Assembly (NCBI GenBank): GCA_040954595.2
Contig: CM082579.2
Location: 616,922 to 680,921 of the forward strand
Origin: Balanoglossus misakiensis
Lineage: Eukaryota; Animalia; Hemichordata
Length of the DNA: 64,000 bases
Reading direction: 5' to 3'
A program made the position numbers and the translations under genes. The notes beneath the pieces are model-generated. The model searched no databases. It saw nothing but the letters and a program-made list of their open reading frames with translations, and was not told the DNA's origin. Of the stretch, positions 55,594-64,000 are shown piece after piece. The first letter of the stretch is position 1. Every line of letters starts with the position of its first letter.

Positions 55594-55650
55594 AGGCGTT
55601 GGCCTTGCAAAAGTAAAATCTATAAACATGAATGAAGATCAGAACATCAG

Positions 55651-55878
55651 TGAGAGAGAGAGGGGGGAGAGAGAGAGAGGGGGGAGAGAGAGAGGGGGGG
55701 AGAGAGGGGGGAGAGAGAACGGGAGAGAGAGAGAATGGGAGAGAGAGAACGAGAGAGAGGGAGAGAGAAAGAGAGAGGGGGGAGAGAGAGGGGGGAGAGA
55801 GAACGAGAGAGAGAGAGAGAGGAGAGGGAGAGAGAGATACAGACAGAGAGTGAGAGAGAGAAAGAGAGACAGAGACAA
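55651..55878. repeat. (GA)n/(GGGGGAGA) purine-rich compound microsatellite just after the channel stop codon
   Basis: About 230 bp almost purely G/A. Confidence 0.95.
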
Positions 55879-58539
55879 ACTGACAGACAGTCAAAGCCAC
55901 TGAAAACTCTGTCATTGAAATGACTCAATGTTTATTGGAATATTGTCATGTGTTACCGGTACATGCATTTTACATGCTGAATACTTTGATACCTATATTA
56001 TACTTGTCGAGATAATGCAGATGTTTTGTCAGTAAGTGAAATCTAACACCGCATATTCATGTGCTTTAAAACCAAAACTTATTTACAGTCGCAACCATCG
56101 CCTATTGTACAGGACAATATTTTAATTGGTGATAACAAACGACTGACAAATAATTAACAAGCACTTCGTACATGCACTGATGTGAAAACCATTGCAACAA
56201 TTGAGAAGGACAGCTTAATATGCAAGACAGTTATAGGAAAACATTCAACCCAACATTTCAGTGTAGATGGCTGTTGCCACATCACTTGTGAATGAATTTT
56301 AACATACATGTATTTATTATGATATTTTTAAACAAAACCAAAGTAGTTTATCACAATTTCTGTAATCAGTAGTATATTAGCAAGTTTCAAATCTTAGCAA
56401 GGATTACAATATTAACATGGTCCTTGGAATATAAATTATTATCTTGAGTTACTAGTATTAGATTTTTATATCATCATGGAGAGAGTGCTTCGGCACATAT
56501 TAACAAGAAATTCTAAACTATATAAATCTCATCTCAGCCGATTGTGAAAATCGAGTTTCCACCCTAAAATAGAGTATGGTAGTAATTAGGAATTTGAATT
56601 ATTGGTAATTTAGATATTTGAGTCTTTGATTGACCACTTAAAAGGAACACAGTCACAAAGTGTCAAAACAAATGCAATAAAGGCATTTCTGTTTTCCATT
56701 TATGGAAATTGATATTATTTAACAAGCATTGAATACAGATGCGAGTATTCACAATAGAATTAGTGGTTAAGTCCATGCTCGATGAATTCATCATTAATAC
56801 CATATGTCATCTGTGACTATTGGGATTAAAATATTAGCATTCAATATGAATTGAATCAGCACATATTGTCACACATATTGTACAACACAGTTGTTGCCAT
56901 TTAAGTCAGAGAAGGGATGGGGGGGATCATTGTCAACAAAAAGCCACTATGTCAGGTTTGGTGATATGGAGTTACATTTGAAACCAGAAGTGCAGAGATA
57001 AAGGTGGTTAGATTTGGAAATGGAGAGAACTAAATGGTTTGCTTTGAAGTAGTTACTGGCATAATAATACATAGATTGTGGAATATGGACCAATGCACTG
57101 CTGTCATATGTTCTGTACATGACAGATTATATCTGTACGCATAGGCACTGACATGTTTTGGCAGGAACAAAATTGATGCCATCAATGACAATGTCCAATG
57201 GTGACAAATGGATTATATTTTGATGATGCCGGATGAAATGTAGAACAGAATGCATGGATTGAGTTGCAACACATTTCTATTGTGACCTAATAGTAATTTA
57301 ACATAAGTCATGCCAGTATAACATGTGCATGAAAGGAAAATCCACCGTCTTTTTTGCTCATGACCAGATCTCTCTGCATAAATTGTACATACTACGCATG
57401 CCCTCACTGTCAATTTGTAAATAATGATGTTCTTGCAAAGAAAAACAAATACTCACCTTCTACACATTTTATCATGTGTAATTATCCCAAAATGGTTCCA
57501 ATCATGTTCCATTCTTATTTGATTATACATAAAGTTGATAATATGACACGTTCGTCATCATGACTTGCCTACAATCTAAAATTTAGTTGTTTTTTGTATG
57601 TTTGATATTAAATAATTTTGTTCCAGTGATAAGTTTCCATAATTTGATTGCTGCATCATGCTTCTTGGAGTCAGAAGTAAATTGACTGAAGAGAATAAAC
57701 AATCAATCTGTTACACAACTGATTTAAGGACGAGCTGTCACAGGGTCTTTTCAATACTGCACCTGTTACAGACCCCAGGGGAATAACCTTTGTAATAGTG
57801 TCTGTGAATTGGTCAGAACAGAATGCAGGGCTGTGTGCACAGGCCTAAGTCATGTCTTGTAAGCAGTTCAGCATGATGCGTTGGCAACACACTCTCTGTC
57901 AACAAATTCTGCCATTTTGCATATTTTTGTATTTTTAGAGGAAATGTCACATTCTGACAAATGCAGAAAGCATCGATCAGGTTAATGTAATCCTGTTTTC
58001 TGTGTGGTCATTGAATTCTGTCTGGAAATTGGCCACCATATCAGTGTGATATTGAATAAAAATTCTGTTGCAAACGTTAATTAGTCTGTTGGTCTACTGT
58101 GGCCTCCTTCATAGTTTACAACGAATGCAATTACCGGTAGTGCAACCTATGTGGATATACTAGTATTCAGTGTATACCACATGGCTATAAATTTAATTTA
58201 ATGTTGAAATTCATCAAGTTAATAGATTGACCATAACAAAGGGGGCATCAGTTCAGCTGCACTACTGAGTGTGATAAATGAACAACTGAACCAGCTTTTC
58301 CTGTATTCTCAGTATTGAAATATTACATATTGCGCAGTTTAATACGGTTCGAGCAATGGCTTTAGAAATGATCATTAGAGTGTGGTGTGCTAGACATCTA
58401 GACTGAAGGGTATTCAATAATATATCAAAATGTGCAATTCTTGCTTTGCAGAAATTCCTGATTGTAGTTATTAAAAATTGTCCATCATCATAAAACACAA
58501 TTAAAGCAATATCTACTGCATTTTTGCATTGGTTCATGG

Positions 58540-58770
58540 TGTCGACGTCTCCATAGTGAAGTCCATAACTAGTTCTAAGTGTATGGCTCTAGTCACGGCG
58601 CATGTGAACAAACAAATAAACGCCTTCTGTTTAGATTTTCCTAACGAAACGTAGACGGCGCCAGTGAAAGGTGTTTCCTCCCACGAGACAATCACTTCAT
58701 GAAACTTGTAGTGACAGCTGCACACATGGAGCGCAATGCAATTGTCAGGTTTGATTTGACTGCGGTGCAC
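58540..58770 (-). mobile_element. BEL/Pao LTR-retrotransposon integrase relic
   Basis: Translation PFTGAVYV...KAFICLFTCAVTRAIHLELVMDFTMETS resembles the BEL/Pao integrase core KxYxCLFTCxxTRAVHLELVxDLT; the catalytic VDY segment appears deleted; no LTRs seen. Confidence 0.8.
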
Positions 58771-59058
58771 CTAACAAAATAAAGCATATCATCAGAGGCT
58801 TACTGCATGCGTATTACCGGCTATGCAATAAATAATTCACCATGGAAGGCACATTATATATTGGCCAGACACCTAAGGAAAACCTATTACGTCTAAATAT
58901 AGTAAATCACTATTTGACAACATTGCTTGTCCGTTGAGAATTATAGAGACCAAGATGGTACTTCAGCTATTTGCATTCAATTGCTGTATGTTGCATAGTT
59001 ACACTGTCTTCCCAGGGCAGGCTTCTTTCATGTGCTCATCTTCACTAATGTGGCCCAA

Positions 59059-59143
59059 CCCTTTCACCACCATGGTTTGGTCCAGTTCAATTGTTTTCTA
59101 TGGTAAACCTGGACCTCTATAGAGGGAACTGGGGGTAAAAGGG
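59059..59143 (+). mobile_element. ~85-bp TTAA MITE copy
   Basis: CCAA|CCCTTTCACCACCATGGTTTGGTCC...GGGGGTAAAAGGG|CTAG; close to the 34189 copy. Confidence 0.75.
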
Positions 59144-60501
59144 CTAGAGCACATGAAATGGAATATAGGTCTACTGCGTTATTTTAGCGCTGGTTTGTGT
59201 AGTGGGGGCTCACAACAATGTTGGGTGAGGGCACTGGACAGATTCAGGGCCCCAAGATGAACACACTGAACATCAACTCATTTACTATAAATTTACTTTT
59301 ATTTGGTGTTAAACATACTGTAAGATACAAAATGTCAATTTTAAAACATACCATCTATGATAAATGATGTAAACATAAACAATACTAAGACTCTATTTCC
59401 CTGTTGCAAAATCTTAGCAAATGAAACAAGACAATTTCTGTGGATGCTTATCTATCAGTGCATCCATAAAACCTTTGCTCTCATTCAACTTGGAGCTACA
59501 GGATGTATAATTATAATAATTCAATGATAAAATATGACAAAAACAATATTACTTAAAAGTTAAATGAGGTACGGTACATGAGTAATCAGTGTTTAAACAC
59601 AGTTTCATGCTGAGTATTTTGTCATGAAAACTGGAAATAACAGAGAAACTTGAATAATAATATAGCACCTTTGGATAATTACAGGCAGTTTCCTTGTCAG
59701 ATGAATGGAAAATGTTAGCATTGTTTTATTTTCCCTTGAAATGTGACCCTTATATATTACAAGGATACAAGGTTTTGGAGATGGGGTCATATGTGCAAAT
59801 GGGTTTGGTATTGAATTCCAGACAAAACATATGTTAAATGTCACAAAAAAACTATCACTCTATAAAACATAACATTTATTATAATGAGCTTATAAAAACA
59901 GTACTATACGTACCTTTGAAATAAATATTTATAAAATATTTGAAATCCCTGTTAATATATGTTAATATATTTTGAACTTTCTACAAAAAACTACAAAAGA
60001 AGCAACATGTTTTACCATTGATTTTAATAAAACAGTTGAGTATTTCTGTTCAGAGTACACAACTGGGTCCTAATCAAGAGTTAAGAGAACCCGGTAAATA
60101 TGATGTTTAAATATAGTCACAACTGCTGGCCAGCTGTTGTTTGCTGTTCGTGATTAGCAGGTACCACAATATTTCGAGTGAAATACGATGTACAAACCTA
60201 CGTTAGTGACCACCTCTATATTATAATAGCCATTTTGTTACAGTCCCTGTTTACATGTGCATTTACTGACCTGTCTACAAAGGCATGCACTGCAAAACAG
60301 TTTTTGCCTTATCTTTCTACAAAATATGGTCTACATTTCCTGAACAATGAATTTTAAATAATGAGAAAAACAAACACTTGTAAAGAAGAAAATACATGTA
60401 TTTGGTCTGATACTCTTGCATGAAGCAAGACAGTCTTTGTTAAGTGTGTCCTGTCAGGTCTTCAATGATGAGCGATGATGGCACCTCTTGCACAATCTGG
60501 A

Positions 60502-62532
60502 TTAGTAGCATGGATTGACGTCGCCCAGCTTGGAGCATGCAAACTTCTCATCTGCAGCAGAACTGACGCGGAATAACTTACCAGTTGGCATACAAACACA
60601 AAGTTTATAAGTAACTGCACTCTGATCCTTGTGTTCATTGCTGTGGACGACTTCGAGTTCTGATAGCATCACATGGATTCCGTTCTTGCCATCCATTATT
60701 ACAGTCTCATTCTGCACAGATAAAATAGGGATTATTAGTCAGTATATTCTCCTGGTTGGGTTGGAGAAGAGACACATTGCTACAATGTATCTTCACATGT
60801 TATTTGTATCATCCAAGATGTTCGGTCAGAAGAATACATTGTACGATGTACGAGAAGTTATGCAGTTTGAAGAGATCACTCATCCACATAACGTGTGTTT
60901 CACTGATTTCAAAAGCATGTACAGAGAGTGTAAATCAGTCTTACCATGTAGGTTTGCAGTATGATGCCACCTTGTGCAGTGATATTGACAGATTTGCTAT
61001 CCAAGTGTACACCTTCATTGCCTCTGGCCCATACAGAACCAGCATTCACAGTCAAGTCACTATCTGAACCTCCAGTGACCTGAAATATGGAAAGTGAGGT
61101 GACATCACAGATAAGATAAAAATGTATGACATCACAGACTAGGATGACTTTCTATATCTCACTGCAGTTCAGATTTGACTGTTAATATCCCTACATAGAA
61201 ATCACCTACCATTGAAGTAATAGCTCTTCTAACATTCAGGTTCTTGACTTCCTTGGGCATCTCAAAGCCTTCACCATATTTTGTGCTGAAAACCTCCTTC
61301 CTGGTTTCTGGATTGGTGACATACATGTTGTGTGCCACCACTTTGGTTCCATCGTTATCCACAGAAACTGCGAATGGAAAAGTATTTTTTAATGAGAGAC
61401 ACTTCAAACAGCTACCCTAGTCTTCTAAGAGCTCCATACACTACTTACTTATCACTTGCAGTTAATAATTATGTTGCTGTGAAAAACAAACTGAATATAG
61501 TCTTACCTGAAGCACCCTGGAGCAATGAACTGATTTTCTGTTGCATAGTTATGGGTTGTGTATCCCCATTCAGCACTAAATCTTGAGCCACATATCCACC
61601 AATCTTGCTGTCAATGGTGTGCACACTTCCCATGTCTCCACCATAGACAAATCTTAGTAGACCGCTGGGCATAAACTCTAGCGTCTCCATACCCGTATGA
61701 TCAATCCGTAATACACATAGGATCACGATGGTGATCTGGGGACAGAAAACATGAAGATTTTCCATTTTATTACAACATCAATTCATACATGTATACTGGA
61801 AGTGCTGCCACTAAACTACGCTGCAACATGATCCTAGCAGTACAGAATATAACCAGCTGTTGACAGGGTGCAAATGATCCCCAGAGTATCATGTATAATT
61901 AAGAGGTATTACAGCTGAAATTCCAATATGAAATTGGACTTACGATGAAGTTAGCAAGCACCACCAGAAAGAGTATGATCAGAAGTGCATATGCAAGATA
62001 TGTTTTCCTTCCACGTAGTCCTGTTTTGTGGAGATGATCTTCATATATATGGACATAGCCAGCACGAAAGTTGCTGTTGTGTTCTTTATTTATTCTTCGT
62101 CTCTCCAATGACTTCTCACGCATGGATCGGCGTATGTTTGTATGCTGCAGGTATAGAAGTACATCAAAGTCACAATTGTACGGACTTAAATGCTTTAAAG
62201 GCAAAATAAAATCGACCAGTTCTTTGTCTGCCAACAACACTTCTTATCAAGAAGGCGTATGCCAAGCCTATGAAACGTCAGTGCACATATATGCATATAT
62301 GGGGTCAATTTGGTCTGGGCGATAATAAATAAACAAGTACCTCGGTATTTCAGCAAAATGTGAATCAGAAATAGACACCAAAAGATGAAATAAACGCTTA
62401 ATGTAGATCTTTATAACACAATATTTGCCTTTTTCACGGAAATGTACACCTGAGTTGAGAAATATACCGATTTCATGCGAATTCTGAAAGGAATTCGAGC
62501 CACTTGGTACTTACCTCGAAGTTGGACGCCAT
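60502..62532 (-). CDS. SGCB: Beta-sarcoglycan, 6 exons
   Basis: Exons 62532-62515, ~62144-61944, ~61734-61507, 61367-61210, 61079-60945, 60711-60502. SMREKSLERRRINKEHNSNFRAGY, LHKTGLRGRK, one TM helix, RGNEGV, YKLCVCMPTGKLF...NPCY* match remembered human SGCB. Confidence 0.96.
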
Positions 62533-64000
62533 CTTGTTTGTTGAACATACAGTGCGCCACCATGGGTTCTGATGTGAAATAGGCCTAAAAACGTCAACGT
62601 GTGCATATGATCAATTCACCGTCAGATGGAGTAGTTTTTGAGACACAAAGTAGACATGCCAGTGAATGTATTAAAAGTTGGCAAAGTTCCATAACGTACA
62701 GGATGCAAGGGCGTACGTGAACGGCAGTCTGGTATCCAGCCAGTAAATATTTTTCAACAAAGTGATTAGGAAATTTCTTTGCTTCTCTTTTATCTTCTTC
62801 GCACAACAAGAAATTTGAAAAGTGTGGCTGGGTTTTCCCTCGAGCTCCAAAGCAAAGTAAGAAAAGTCCGTGTGGACTGTTTAAAAAAAGCGTTCCAAAA
62901 CCATATTCGCTTCAGGATTACAGTTTGAGACTGTGGTATAAGATATCGAAGCATATAAAAAGTGGGCACAAGGTTGTTTGCATGACGTAGGCTAAATATG
63001 CGAAGTTCTGCCAGTAGAGTAAATTTCAATTTCGCATTCTGAGGGACGGCAGTTTTCTTGTCCACCCATTAGGCTAAAAGTTTATGAGCGACCCAGCGGT
63101 ATTTATAAGAGCGATCCAGCCTTATGTATGGGTGTCGCAGAGCAACGCCTCGCCACACAGAAATGATGATTTATGTGTTGTCCCTACCTGTAAATACGTG
63201 CATGGCCTTTAACAGTTTCCATTGAAACAACGCCCGTGGAAACGTCCGTCTCACCCACATTCACAAAGTACGTATACCTCCAGTCCTGGGTCGTGTAAGC
63301 TATATCGTAAAATTAAGTGCGTAATAAATTTGCGCCGACTGCCTTCATTTATTCATTCATGCCCCTTTCAAAGAGATTGAAGCGTGTCTGCAGTCGAGTA
63401 AGTGAGAAAAACGCTGTACCTCGTCCGAATCACGATCATTTGCCCTAAATCTATGGGCTATTTTGGTGGTGGATATTGGGTTCATCATTATAGCTCTCCC
63501 AGTGTCATCCTGACCTTTGCGTGTGTTCGCGGATTAGTGTTTGTCACGACTGTCAAGTTCCGCTATCGTCAAATGTTTGTACAAATTCATTGAAAGGTTT
63601 TAGGAAATAACTATTTTATCTGGTTCATTAGATTTCAATTTCCTCAAGTTACATTTAATTTAAATGCCAGTGAAAGGCGTGTCTCATGAAATATCCCCGC
63701 ATGCTGTCTTCAAGCTTCTTGGTAGAGAAAATTACCATGGAAACTTGAGTTAGAACAGCCTGTATAAAGAGAGGTGATAAGATGATAACGCAGTGTCATA
63801 AAAAGAACGAAGTGACGTGTTATTGAACCTTGAATCAGATAGATAACAAAGCTATTGTGAAATTTCTGAACACTTAGTATCCCATTCTTTAAATCTTTCA
63901 TATATTACCACGACCCCTGCATTCTTTTGTATTTTGGCTCAATAAAACAAGCCATACGACACTGGTTCATCGCGTCACTTTCAAAATTTTGTATTTGTTT

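Noticed and set aside
55370-55928. Several overlapping ORFs rich in ER/RG or SL/SP
   Set aside because: Translations of the GA microsatellite.
62594-63901. Short ORFs upstream of SGCB as the start of a divergent gene
   Set aside because: No recognisable protein motif or convincing exon within the window.

Overview
AT-rich eukaryotic (invertebrate animal) genomic DNA with short GT-AG introns; nothing prokaryotic. The supplied ORF track is mostly exon fragments, so I reassembled genes by reading splice sites. Eight intron-containing genes are supported, in order: CEP135/TSGA10-family centriolar protein (+, canonical 5' exons presumably upstream of the window), a ~137-aa ankyrin-repeat protein (-), a FAAP20-like UBZ protein (+, with a 1-nt frameshift), ATP5PB (-), WDR77/MEP50 (+), JIP3/JIP4 scaffold (MAPK8IP3/SPAG9 family, -), a divergent Cys-loop ligand-gated anion channel (+) and beta-sarcoglycan (-). 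Mobile DNA includes a 940-bp Tc2/pogo-type non-autonomous element, a five-copy ~84-bp TTAA-flanked MITE family, a BEL/Pao integrase relic and many probable excision footprints. I found no wholly new multi-gene system. The best leads are the Cys-loop channel with a rewired agonist pocket, an internal CEP135 promoter/first exon, Rbfox-marked alternative CEP135 C-termini, JIP3 microexons, the FAAP20 frameshift and scattered RFX X-boxes. Homology calls rest on remembered protein motifs, not database searches; exon edges were read by eye and may be off by a few nt.
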